Shown piece by piece: positions 1 to 8,937 of a stretch of DNA of 64,000 bases. The notes under the pieces are model-generated. The model saw only the letters and a program-made list of their open reading frames with translations, ran no database searches and had not been told where the DNA came from. The first letter of the stretch is position 1, and every line of letters starts with the position of its first letter. The stretch is from an uncultured Pseudomonadota bacterium. Lineage in GTDB: Bacteria > Pseudomonadota > Alphaproteobacteria > Rs-D84. Made by a program: the position numbers and the translations under genes. The stretch covers positions 8,540 to 72,539 of the forward strand of contig CASDTC010000001.1 in assembly GCA_949283535.1 (NCBI GenBank), in the 5' to 3' direction.

Positions 1-1023
1 GATGTTAATGTTGCAGCGGGAATTTGCCCGGTTATTACAGAATGTGAAGAAATGATTCCGGGAATACAATCGGCCGTAAATGACAAGTTGGGGTATTTGC
101 GCACGCAATTCTGTCAAAATGATATTGATGCATGTTTGCGCGACAGATGTGGTGAAAATTTTACTGCGCCAGAATGCCTTGGTAAAAGCGCCAATGAAAT
201 TGCGGGTTTGTGTCCGCAAGATATGTTCCCATCATGTAAAAATGAAACACAATTCGATATCATTGTTCAGGCTGTGTTATTACAGATGGACTATCAAATG
301 TTACAGGGGTGCTTGAATTATTTTGGTGAACAGTTGGGTGCGGTTTGTGGAACAGATATGTCTTGTTTGCCGACTGATACTGTGACGGCGTCTTTGGTTG
401 AAATACCAGAAGATCAAGCGGGACTGGCGGAATTGCGTGAAACTGTTCGTGCAAATACCGAAGCCGCAGTTGATGAATTCTTTAAACAGTTCGAACAAGA
501 TAAAACCGTTGCGGCATGTCAAGACAGCCAGAAACCAGCAGATGGTGAAAGTCTGGGGGACAGTGTATTTAACAGTGCGAAAATGATTGCGCAAATCGGT
601 GCAGAAAATCGTGCAATGCGTGAATTAGAATCGAAAATTGCCGAATTATCACGTCAGCAAGACTTAGAAGAAGCAGAACAAAATTGCTATAATACATATC
701 AGGTTGAAACGCCTGATGAATCCAGCAAGAATTACAGTTATATCCGCAGTGTATCGTGGGAACCGTCATTGCGTAATTGTCATGTTTGCCGTATGCAACA
801 GGTTTGCGAAACAGGCGGTCAGTCCAAGGGTGCGGCAGGTGTCCAGGGATTGGCGGGCGGTCTGTCGGCGGGTGCTGCGGCGGGAACAATGGTGACGCCA
901 GGTTGGGGAACCGCAATTGGTGCTGTTGTTGGCGGACTGGGTGGATTCTTTGCCGGGCGCAGCGCCGGTGGTGAACAAGAATTCTGTCAGGAAATAGAAT
1001 CTTGCGAAGATATTAATATGTAA
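1..1023 (+). CDS. Cysteine-rich exported protein, 5'-truncated by the window edge (paralog of 1087..3591)
   Basis: Frame 1 is open from base 1 (DVNVAAGICPVITECEE precedes the first Met at 52). There are 18 Cys in the visible 340 aa. The block FCQNDIDACLRDRCGENF..LCPQD..SCKNE..VCGTDMSC aligns with the next gene. It has a CHVC-x7-CET box, a Gly/Ala-rich hydrophobic stretch (814..972) and ends CEDINM-stop. Confidence 0.6.
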   Translation, partial: DVNVAAGICPVITECEEMIPGIQSAVNDKLGYLRTQFCQNDIDACLRDRCGENFTAPECLGKSANEIAGLCPQDMFPSCKNETQFDIIVQAVLLQMDYQMLQGCLNYFGEQLGAVCGTDMSCLPTDTVTASLVEIPEDQAGLAELRETVRANTEAAVDEFFKQFEQDKTVAACQDSQKPADGESLGDSVFNSAKMIAQIGAENRAMRELESKIAELSRQQDLEEAEQNCYNTYQVETPDESSKNYSYIRSVSWEPSLRNCHVCRMQQVCETGGQSKGAAGVQGLAGGLSAGAAAGTMVTPGWGTAIGAVVGGLGGFFAGRSAGGEQEFCQEIESCEDINM

Positions 1024-1086
1024 TTTTGGACGTTTGCCCAGAATTATATTTTGCATTAATTGTATGCAGGTTTAAAGAGGCATTAA

Positions 1087-3591
1087 ATGAAATTAAAGCA
1101 TATTTTTGCGTCTGTAATCGGATTATCTGCTTTGTTGATTGGTTTGGATTCATATGGACTAACCAGAACAACAAAGCAATCGGCAATTCAACAAGGTACG
1201 ACCGTTCGCACAAAGATAGAGGCGACTGGGTTATATGACCAGGCGTGTTATGATGCATATTTTGGATGCATGGATCAGTTTTGTATAACGGATAATGCCA
1301 GTGGTGGTGCGTGCACATGCAGTGATGATATTACAGAATATGATGCCGAACTGGCAGAAATTCAGGATATTTTGAACGAGGCAAATCGTCTGCGTACCGA
1401 AGAAATTGAACGTGTTCGGGCGGGCGCAGATGCCGATATTATATTTACGGGCGAACGCAAGTATGATGCAGATGGAAATATATTGGTAGAAAGCGAATTA
1501 ACAGCAGAAGAACAAAAGGAACAGCGTCGCGCAGATTTGTTAGCGTTATTTAATACCAGCATATATGATGAAGAAGATGATACGGAATTTGATGGTTCTG
1601 TTGCCAGTATGGCGGATATGTCGGGGGCTGAATTATATCGTGCGGCTGATGATTTATGCTATGCCCAGGTTCCAGATTCTTGTGCGGGTGATATCGAATT
1701 TTTACGACAATTATATTCACGGCAAATTACATCAGATTGTCTGGGATATAAAAATTCTTTGTCCCAACAGCGGGCAGATGCAGAAGCGGATTTAGCCGCC
1801 GCCCAGTCCGAGGTTCGTGTCGCATTACAGGAAAGCTTTGAAAGTGCCAATAAATACGACTTGGGGCAATGTATGGTTGAATTTAAAAAATGCATGCAAA
1901 CAGATGATGCCTGTGGCGAAGATTGGGAAAATTGTGTTGCAACAATCGCATCTGAAAATATGCAAAATAATGAAGCGACCAGTACGGCGGGTACAACGGT
2001 GGATACGATTGATACATATGATATAACCGCGTCAACCATGAAAATCCTTAGTGCAAAGCGTCCAATTTGTGAAAATGTTTTGGACCAGTGTGTTGCAGTG
2101 CGTGACCAGGTTTGGCCGAATTTCTTGCGTGAAGCCGCACCAACAATAAAGGTTGCAGAAAGTATTGTTGAATCAAAATTCCGTCAATCTTGTTTGGGGG
2201 ATATATCAGACTGTATCCAGACCGCATGTCGCGATGATATTGCGGGCAAGGGTGTTGCAACAATGGATGCATGTTTGGCACGACCAGATATGGCACGCAG
2301 TTTCTGCAAGGTTGAAATAGACCCGTGTGAACGCATGGAACCACAAATTTGGGATTATGTAAAAGATAAATTGGCGGCAATGCGTGTTGATGCATGTACC
2401 CAGGAAGTAAAAGATTGCTTTACCGCGGATACGCGTTGTGGTGAAAATTTCCAAAATTGTATCGGTATGGATTATGAATATATCCATAATATATGTCCAA
2501 TTGATACACTGGTTGTTTGCAAGCAAAATAATCCGAATTTTTCAATGGATGATTTGGATACAATGTTAATGGGATTGTATCTGAATATTGATAATGCAAT
2601 GATGGAACAATGCCAGAATTTGGTTGATCAAAAAATGGCGGAAATTTGTGGCAGTACAACGGATTGTAATCGTTTCGCATCTGATGATACCATTGGAACC
2701 GGGTCTTTGCGTTCACAAAAAGACGGAACAGTATATCGTGTGACTGGCATGATTTCATTTGGCAGTATAAAAATGGGGGATGCAAACGGTGAACAAACAA
2801 TTGACAGTGATGGAAAAACAATTACTTTGGCACCGGGTGAAATAGGTGTTGATGAATATCTTGCCAAGATTCGTGAAACCAATGCGAATGTTGCAAATGC
2901 AGATGGTATTATATCGGCAATCGAAGAAGAATTAAATAATATCGCCGGCACAATTAATCGTACAATCGATATGATTGAACAGGATCCAGAAATACAATAT
3001 TGTGTTAATGGACGCAATTTGGAACAAATCACAGGTGAAGAAGGGGCGTCAACCACGGGGCGTTTCCCAAAACTGTTAAACCAGGTAAAAATGCAAATTG
3101 CAGTTGCCGCATTACGCCAGGCACAGGATAATTATAATGCGAAATTAAATACTGAAATTGCAGAGGCGACCAAAAATGCATCAACGGATTTGGCACAATA
3201 TATGTGTCAAAAGATTGCAGAAAATGGTGGTGCAGGGGGCGGTGATATAAATGCGTCAACGCCGTTAACACCGCCGTATGCAATCAGTTATGATGTTGGA
3301 TCTGGACTGACAACCGAAGATTTAGTCAAGGGTGGTGCCGGTGTGTTACAGACAGATGGTGTTACATTTACTAATAAAGGATATCTGGGCGGCAGCAGCT
3401 TGAATGGTGGGGGTATGACACGCCAGGTTACTGCGATATTCAGTCGTGATACCAGAACATGTCATATTTGTACGACAACAATTACACAAGATTGTAAAAC
3501 CACGGGCAGCAGCAGCTGGTTCCATAACAGTCGAAATACAGAATGTACAACAAATGCGTCAGAACCGGTGTGTGAAGATATTGTTATGTAA
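1087..3591 (+). CDS. Large cysteine-rich exported protein (834 aa, 36 Cys), unknown family
   Basis: RBS AAGAGG lies 7 nt upstream. The N-terminal signal-like segment is MKLKHIFASVIGLSALLIGL. Motifs include CMDQFC..CTCS, RCGENFQNC, CHIC-x8-CKT and a terminal CEDIVM-stop. No terminator separates it from the upstream paralog. Confidence 0.75.
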   Translation: MKLKHIFASVIGLSALLIGLDSYGLTRTTKQSAIQQGTTVRTKIEATGLYDQACYDAYFGCMDQFCITDNASGGACTCSDDITEYDAELAEIQDILNEANRLRTEEIERVRAGADADIIFTGERKYDADGNILVESELTAEEQKEQRRADLLALFNTSIYDEEDDTEFDGSVASMADMSGAELYRAADDLCYAQVPDSCAGDIEFLRQLYSRQITSDCLGYKNSLSQQRADAEADLAAAQSEVRVALQESFESANKYDLGQCMVEFKKCMQTDDACGEDWENCVATIASENMQNNEATSTAGTTVDTIDTYDITASTMKILSAKRPICENVLDQCVAVRDQVWPNFLREAAPTIKVAESIVESKFRQSCLGDISDCIQTACRDDIAGKGVATMDACLARPDMARSFCKVEIDPCERMEPQIWDYVKDKLAAMRVDACTQEVKDCFTADTRCGENFQNCIGMDYEYIHNICPIDTLVVCKQNNPNFSMDDLDTMLMGLYLNIDNAMMEQCQNLVDQKMAEICGSTTDCNRFASDDTIGTGSLRSQKDGTVYRVTGMISFGSIKMGDANGEQTIDSDGKTITLAPGEIGVDEYLAKIRETNANVANADGIISAIEEELNNIAGTINRTIDMIEQDPEIQYCVNGRNLEQITGEEGASTTGRFPKLLNQVKMQIAVAALRQAQDNYNAKLNTEIAEATKNASTDLAQYMCQKIAENGGAGGGDINASTPLTPPYAISYDVGSGLTTEDLVKGGAGVLQTDGVTFTNKGYLGGSSLNGGGMTRQVTAIFSRDTRTCHICTTTITQDCKTTGSSSWFHNSRNTECTTNASEPVCEDIVM

Positions 3592-3595
3592 TTAT

Positions 3596-3620
3596 AAAAA
3601 CGGGATTTTTCCCGTTTTTA
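3596..3620 (+). terminator. Rho-independent terminator
   Basis: aaaaacggga-tttt-tcccgttttta immediately after the stop at 3591. Confidence 0.8.
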
Positions 3621-3701
3621 TATGGAATAATTTTCCTAGACTTTTTTATAAATAAATGTGATATTATATTATAGCACATAAACAACAAAGGGGGAATAAA
3701 T

Positions 3702-4079
3702 ATGAAAAAAGTGTCAATAATGGCGGCGGTATGCGCATTGGTTGCTGGGGCGGCACATGCGGATTTCCAGCCAAATACACCACAGGCAACATCACCAATG
3801 GGTGGTTTTGTTGGTGGTACAGAAAATATCGTAACGGTCAGCCAGGTAAAAGAAATGCGTGATGATACACCTGTTATTATCCAGGGGAATATTGTTCAAC
3901 GCATGGGCGATGAAAAATATTTATTCCAGGATTCAACAGGATCAATAACGGTTGAAATCGATCGCAAGGATTGGCGTGGTCAAACAGTTACACCGTCTGA
4001 TAAAGTAAAACTGTATGGCGAAGTTGATTCTGGTTTGTTTAAAACCGAAATTGACATTGATTATGTCGAAAAAATGTAA
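3702..4079 (+). CDS. YgiW/YdeI-type periplasmic OB-fold (BOF) stress protein
   Basis: RBS GGGGGA; signal peptide MKKVSIMAAVCALVAGAAHA. The core VTVSQVKEMRDDTPVIIQGNIVQRMGDEKYLFQDSTGSITVEID..VKLYGEVD is typical of the family. Confidence 0.8.
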   Translation: MKKVSIMAAVCALVAGAAHADFQPNTPQATSPMGGFVGGTENIVTVSQVKEMRDDTPVIIQGNIVQRMGDEKYLFQDSTGSITVEIDRKDWRGQTVTPSDKVKLYGEVDSGLFKTEIDIDYVEKM

Positions 4080-4080
4080 T

Positions 4081-4106
4081 AAAAAACGCCCCGCGGGGCG
4101 TTTTTT
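4081..4106. terminator. Bidirectional rho-independent terminator
   Basis: aaaaaacgccccgcggggcgtttttt lies between convergent genes. Confidence 0.8.
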
Positions 4107-4171
4107 ATTGTATTATCATTGTTGTTTTAATTGCCAATAATTTTATGGTGCATTTATATTTACATAATTAT

Positions 4172-4951
4172 TTAATATCTTCCATAATAATCACACCATT
4201 TCCCTGGGTCGCTGGGGTCAATTATAATACCAGAAGGAGCACCAGTTGCACCCGTAATTTCATATGTACCAGCGGTATCGGTTACAACACTGGTATTTGC
4301 CAGATAGCATTGTCCGATGCTGGTTGCGCCGCCACTGGCGACAAAGGGCAGCGGGTCGCCCCCACCAACACGGGCGCTGCTGCTGACGGTCCAGTTTCCT
4401 TCATCCCCCGATCCTGTTGTCGGATTTGGACATTTTGCACATGATAAACCTGACTGATAATATCCAGGATTGCAATAAAATCTTGATTCGCCTGTATTGC
4501 AATTTGCATTTGCTGGACATTTTTTACAACCGGATGTTTCACTGGTGGCGGTGCCATAATAACCTTTGCCACATTTATAGTTATCTTTGGCAACGGAATA
4601 ACAGGACCCCAATCGACCAATCAGGTGTCCCGTGCTAGTTTCTTCATATTCACCGCATGTTTCTGTGTATGTATATGTTTGATAAACATATACACCGTAT
4701 TCGTTTGGATCGCCAGTGGCGCTACTATCAGTTATTCCGTGGCTTTTTATTGCCCGGCACATTTCTTCACATGTATCATACTCTGTTCCATTCCAATATC
4801 CACCCGGCATTAAACTTTGGTCACATTTTGAACAAGTCGTTGGCAGTATAGTTGTCGCATAAACCGAGTTGCAAAATGTGCATGCACATAACATTAAACC
4901 ACCGATTATTTTCGGCATTTTTATTTTAGAAAAAATTCCAGAAATCTGCAT
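4172..4951 (-). CDS. Small cysteine-rich secreted protein with CxxCP / GYY repeats
   Basis: RBS GGGGGA 8 nt upstream; signal peptide ..IIGGLMLCACTFCNSVYA. Repeats are CGKGYYG..GCKKCPANANC and CNPGYYQSGLSCAKCP. The C-terminal module GGATSIGQCY..KWCDYYGRY is shared with 18560..18919. Confidence 0.7.
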   Translation of the reverse strand: MQISGIFSKIKMPKIIGGLMLCACTFCNSVYATTILPTTCSKCDQSLMPGGYWNGTEYDTCEEMCRAIKSHGITDSSATGDPNEYGVYVYQTYTYTETCGEYEETSTGHLIGRLGSCYSVAKDNYKCGKGYYGTATSETSGCKKCPANANCNTGESRFYCNPGYYQSGLSCAKCPNPTTGSGDEGNWTVSSSARVGGGDPLPFVASGGATSIGQCYLANTSVVTDTAGTYEITGATGAPSGIIIDPSDPGKWCDYYGRY

Positions 4952-5070
4952 ATTTTATTCCCCCGTTTGTACTGAAACTAATCAGTGGTTTATTTTCAGC
5001 ATTTATTTTTTTATTTTATGTCCTAATTTTTGCATATTTGATTAAAATATGTCAATGTAAAAATAACAAG

Positions 5071-6183
5071 TTATCTGTTTGTTAATTGTAATTCTATGCG
5101 TCTGTTTTGTTGCAAACTGGCGGCGTCGCGTCCCAATGAAACCGGGTGCAAATCGCCAAAACCACTGGGGATCAGGCGCCGCCGCGATACACCGGCACGC
5201 GCCAATTCATCAACAACCGCATTCGCACGCAATAATGATAATTCCATATTATTTGAATATCCGCGTGTGCCGGGAACAACTTGTTTTTTATCGGTATGAC
5301 CGTCAACACGAATTATCCAATCAATATTTGTTGGTATTTTATTTTCCAGATCCTTGATAACATTCGCGATTAATCGCAATTGATTTTTTCCTTCGGGCGA
5401 CAGGGTGTATGAACCACTGCCGAATAATATATCACTGGATACGATGAATCTGTCCCCTTCGGTTTTTATGAAATTATCATCCCCCAGGGCGTCTTTTATA
5501 GCCTTGTAAAATGCAGACTGATATTTTGCGACATCATTTAATTCAGCAACTTTATCCGCCAATGCCTTGTTCAAGCGATTCGACATTTCAACATATTGGA
5601 TATCTTTTTCGTGCGATTCCGCTTCAGCGGCGTCTAATGCTGCCTGTAATTTTTGCAACTGGGCGGCTAATTCAGCGCGTTGCTGGGTCATTTGATCCTG
5701 TAATTCACGGCGTTCCTGTTCCAGTTCTGTGGTGCGCTGTTTATCCAATGTTGCCTGGTTTAATTGCGTTGTTAATTCTGCAACCTGGTTTTGTAATTTT
5801 GTGCCCTGGGATTGCAGTTCGGCAACCCGTTCTTCGTATTGTGCAACCAATTCATCAAAACTGGTATTTACCGCGTCCAATTCGGTGGATAATTGTTCAT
5901 TATTTGCGGACAGGCTTTCCAATTCATTACGCGCCAAAATCAGCAGACGTTTTGCCTCTGCCTCATCGGCGGTCATTTGTTGAATTTTTTGCGCTTGTTC
6001 TGCATTTGCTTGTTTTAAATCGGCAACAGTTTTTGCGCCCGTATTTTTATTAAATACACTGGTTGTTGTCCATAAAAATACAAACACAATCAGCAGGAAT
6101 ATCAATATGATAACCAGATTTGAAAACAAATCGACAAATGCCGGCCATGTATTTACTTTTTCACGAAAACGAAAGTTTATCAT
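5071..6183 (-). CDS. MotB-like protein: N-terminal TM with conserved Asp, long coiled coil, C-terminal OmpA/MotB peptidoglycan-binding domain
   Basis: The TM segment WPAFVDLFSNLVIILIFLLIVFVF carries the Asp. About 170 aa are Q/E/L/A-rich heptad-like sequence. The C-terminal domain reads RVDGHTDKKQV..NNMELSLLRANAVVDEL..NRRIELQL. Confidence 0.75.
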   Translation of the reverse strand: MINFRFREKVNTWPAFVDLFSNLVIILIFLLIVFVFLWTTTSVFNKNTGAKTVADLKQANAEQAQKIQQMTADEAEAKRLLILARNELESLSANNEQLSTELDAVNTSFDELVAQYEERVAELQSQGTKLQNQVAELTTQLNQATLDKQRTTELEQERRELQDQMTQQRAELAAQLQKLQAALDAAEAESHEKDIQYVEMSNRLNKALADKVAELNDVAKYQSAFYKAIKDALGDDNFIKTEGDRFIVSSDILFGSGSYTLSPEGKNQLRLIANVIKDLENKIPTNIDWIIRVDGHTDKKQVVPGTRGYSNNMELSLLRANAVVDELARAGVSRRRLIPSGFGDLHPVSLGRDAASLQQNRRIELQLTNR

Positions 6184-6206
6184 TTGGCTCCCTCTGCATT
6201 AATATT

Positions 6207-6971
6207 TTATGCTAATTCAGAAAATGTTTGTTTTAATTCTTGGACGCTTTTATTTAATTCTTTGGTGGCATTGCATACAACAGATGCGTCATCTGTGGGG
6301 ACAACACTGGTATGCGCCGCCAGATAATCTTCGACATCGCGGAAAATGCCGTTTTGTGCCAGTTGTACTTGCAACCCCAGAAAACCGACCGTCAAACTGC
6401 CCGCCAGTCCCATCAGCGAACTGGTAAATGCGGTTGCCATGCCTGATAATGGGCGTGTTAAACCTGTTTGCATTGCGGTTAAAACATTTTCATCGGCAAA
6501 GTTTAAATTACTAATTAAATCGGCAAATCCACCAACTGTTATGATTAATCCCCAAAATGTTCCCAGTAATCCCAAGAATATTAATGTATTTGTTATATAT
6601 CGCACAGATTCGCGCGAATCGTCAAAGCGCATTTGTATCATATCCAGCATGCCGTTCAATGTTGATGCCGGTATGCGCAGGGGACGCGCGCGCAGCATTA
6701 ATGCAACCGACCGCAACAGACGCGGGGGCATGGGGGCATTCTTGCGCCCAGAAAAATATGCACGCGCCCATTTATATTCGGGCAATAATTTAAACATTTC
6801 GACAAAGCACAAACCAATGCCAAAAATTGTTGTGCCGATAATAATCCCATTTAAAACAATATTTGCCGATGCAACACGCAAAAACGGTTCGTAAAACAAA
6901 ATCAGTCCCGCCACCAGCAATGCGGTAAAAAATGCCATTCTGTTCAGTGCGCGATGAAATTGGTTGGTCAT
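6207..6971 (-). CDS. MotA/TolQ/ExbB proton-channel family protein
   Basis: Has the family's multi-TM layout. Signatures are LIFLGLLGTFWGLI and PLSGMATAFTSSLMGLAGSL. It lies 23 nt upstream of the MotB-like gene on the same strand. Confidence 0.8.
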   Translation of the reverse strand: MTNQFHRALNRMAFFTALLVAGLILFYEPFLRVASANIVLNGIIIGTTIFGIGLCFVEMFKLLPEYKWARAYFSGRKNAPMPPRLLRSVALMLRARPLRIPASTLNGMLDMIQMRFDDSRESVRYITNTLIFLGLLGTFWGLIITVGGFADLISNLNFADENVLTAMQTGLTRPLSGMATAFTSSLMGLAGSLTVGFLGLQVQLAQNGIFRDVEDYLAAHTSVVPTDDASVVCNATKELNKSVQELKQTFSELA

Positions 6972-7375
6972 GCAATCTCTCTTTACTATATTTATATTTT
7001 GATAATAGTAAATTTTATAAATCTAAGTCAATAAAGATTATTGGTACCGATACTGATTTTAAAATAATTGTGGTTGGGTATACTAATAGAGACGGAATTA
7101 TTCCAGGCAGTAATTTGTGTCGCAGGGATAATATTTGCACAAATAAGCAGTTGGGGTTGGCGCGTGCGAATTCTGTCGTTAATTATATTAATGAACATTG
7201 GGCAAATATGCCAGACACCGCCACAATAGATGCGCACAGTGCAGGGGACATATGTGCAACGGGAAGAGACGCGCAGGAAAAGGCATTGGATAGAAAAGTT
7301 CAGTTCTGGGTGTTCTTTGACGGTGAAGAAGCGGTTATAAATGATTTATGTGTTAAACCTGGTGACGAAAAATAA
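6932..7375 (+). pseudogene. OmpA-like C-terminal domain fragment without signal peptide (possible remnant)
   Basis: VVGYTNRDG..NKQLGLARANSVVNYI..DRKVQFWVF resembles an OmpA_C core. The only ATG overlaps the motA-like start on the other strand, and no signal or TM segment is present. Confidence 0.3.
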
Positions 7376-7468
7376 AAATACTTGATTTTATTAATAAAAT
7401 CGGCATAATATGCGGTGTTCCTGCTGGCGGCATGGGGTCGTCGGCTGCATAAGACCAAAGGAAATAAA

Positions 7469-7807
7469 ATGGCTTACTATGAAAGTGTTCTGGTTTTCCG
7501 CCAGGACTTGACTGAACCGCAGGTCAAAGAAAAGGCGGCAAAATATACAGATGTTATCAAAGAACTGGGCGGGGATGTTAAATCTACAGAATTCTGGGGA
7601 TTGAAAAATCTGGCATATATCATTCGTAAAAATCGCAAGGCACATTATGTTATGTTAAATATTGAATTGCCGGGTGATAAGATTGCGGAATATGAACGCC
7701 GTATGCGTATTGATGAAGATATTATTCGTTTCTTGAATGTACGCGTTCATGCGTTATCAAAAACACCGTCAATCATGATGAAAAAATCTAACGAAGAGGC
7801 AGAATAA
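7469..7807 (+). CDS. rpsF: 30S ribosomal protein S6
   Basis: [19 protein letters not shown].. follows RBS AAGGA. The longer ORF-track start at 7415 lacks an RBS. Confidence 0.9.
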   Translation: MAYYESVLVFRQDLTEPQVKEKAAKYTDVIKELGGDVKSTEFWGLKNLAYIIRKNRKAHYVMLNIELPGDKIAEYERRMRIDEDIIRFLNVRVHALSKTPSIMMKKSNEEAE

Positions 7808-8034
7808 TGGCAGTCCGTGCAGCAATTTATCGTAAAAAATCAAACCCATTAAAGGGCAAGGTTATTGACTATAAAGATATCAAGACTTTGTCGCATTATA
7901 TAACCGAACGCGGCAAAATCGTTCCATCGCGTATCAGTGGCGTTTCGCAGAAAGATCAACGCGAACTGGCAACCGCCATCAAGCGCGCGCGGCATTTGGG
8001 GTTAATGCCATTTGTTCGCAACAATCTGGGTTAA
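7807..8034 (+). CDS. rpsR: 30S ribosomal protein S18
   Basis: TAATG overlap with rpsF; [48 protein letters not shown]. Confidence 0.95.
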   Translation: MAVRAAIYRKKSNPLKGKVIDYKDIKTLSHYITERGKIVPSRISGVSQKDQRELATAIKRARHLGLMPFVRNNLG

Positions 8035-8051
8035 TTCTGTGGGGATTGGTC

Positions 8052-8104
8052 GTGTTCACAGTCCCTCGTGTATGTCTAATACACGTCGGGACTGGGGTGA
8101 ACAC
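8052..8104 (+). promoter_or_regulatory. Extended three-part hairpin in the rpsR-rplI spacer
   Basis: gtgttcac/gtgaacac (8 bp), agtccc/gggact (6 bp) and cgtgtat/atacacg (7 bp) are nested. Confidence 0.4.
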
Positions 8105-8204
8105 TTCCCACCCCCGCACATAATTCACCAATCTATATGCATGGGTATTGTGTATAAATTTTAATTTGGGATTTATCCCTAACTTTGAATAAAGGACAGA
8201 TAAA

Positions 8205-8801
8205 ATGAAAGTTATTTTAACAGAAAAGATTACAAAACTGGGCAATATTGGCGATACGGTCGAAGTAAAGACTGGGTTTGCGCGCAATTATTTATTGCCA
8301 AATGGCAAGGCAATGCGCTGGACCCGCGAAAATGTCGCATTGTTCGAAGCGAAAAAGGCTGAATTACAGGCACGCCAAGATGCCGCACGCAAGGCAGCAG
8401 AATCAAATGTTGATGCGGTAAAGAATGCAAAACTGCATATGATTCGTCAGGCGGGTGATACAGGTCAATTGTATGGTTCTGTTTCAACGCGCGATATTGC
8501 ACGCATGTTGAAAGATGTCGCCGGTGTTAATGTTGAATCTGCCCAGGTTCTGTTGGGTGCGCCGATTAAGTCGGTTGGGGCATTTGATACAAAAATCGCA
8601 TTGCATCCAGATGTTATTGTTCCGGTCAAAGTTTATGTTGCCCAGACCCAGGACGAAATCGATGCATTGGTCGCAGGCAAGGTTTTAACATTCGGCACCA
8701 AGAAAGTTGAAGAGGAATCAGACGCAGAAAAGTCCGAAGAAAAACCGGAAACAGAAAAAACAACAGAAAATGTAACAGAACAAAAATCTGATGCAGAATA
8801 A
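8205..8801 (+). CDS. rplI: 50S ribosomal protein L9 with acidic C-terminal extension
   Basis: RBS AAGGA; MKVILTEKITKLGNIGDTVEVKTGFARNYLLPNGKA; tail EEESDAEKSEEKPETEKTTENVTEQKSDAE. Confidence 0.9.
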   Translation: MKVILTEKITKLGNIGDTVEVKTGFARNYLLPNGKAMRWTRENVALFEAKKAELQARQDAARKAAESNVDAVKNAKLHMIRQAGDTGQLYGSVSTRDIARMLKDVAGVNVESAQVLLGAPIKSVGAFDTKIALHPDVIVPVKVYVAQTQDEIDALVAGKVLTFGTKKVEEESDAEKSEEKPETEKTTENVTEQKSDAE

Positions 8802-8827
8802 AAAATCGCCCACCCGGGCGATTTTTT
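8799..8827 (+). terminator. Rho-independent terminator
   Basis: aaaaaatcgccc-accc-gggcgattttttt. Confidence 0.85.
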
Positions 8828-8937
8828 TATGCGGTGTGTGGACCAGTTTGCGCTGTTTTACTTGCTATTAACTGGGGTATATCTCGTGGCATTTGCAATG
8901 ATACGGGGACTGTATTCGTAATTAGTACATTTATGTG

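Noticed and set aside
5071-6971. Zorya-type anti-phage system (ZorA/ZorB).
   Set aside because: The MotA-like protein is only 254 aa and lacks the long C-terminal tail of ZorA. No ZorC/D/E-like genes follow. It is kept only as an orphan stator-like pair.
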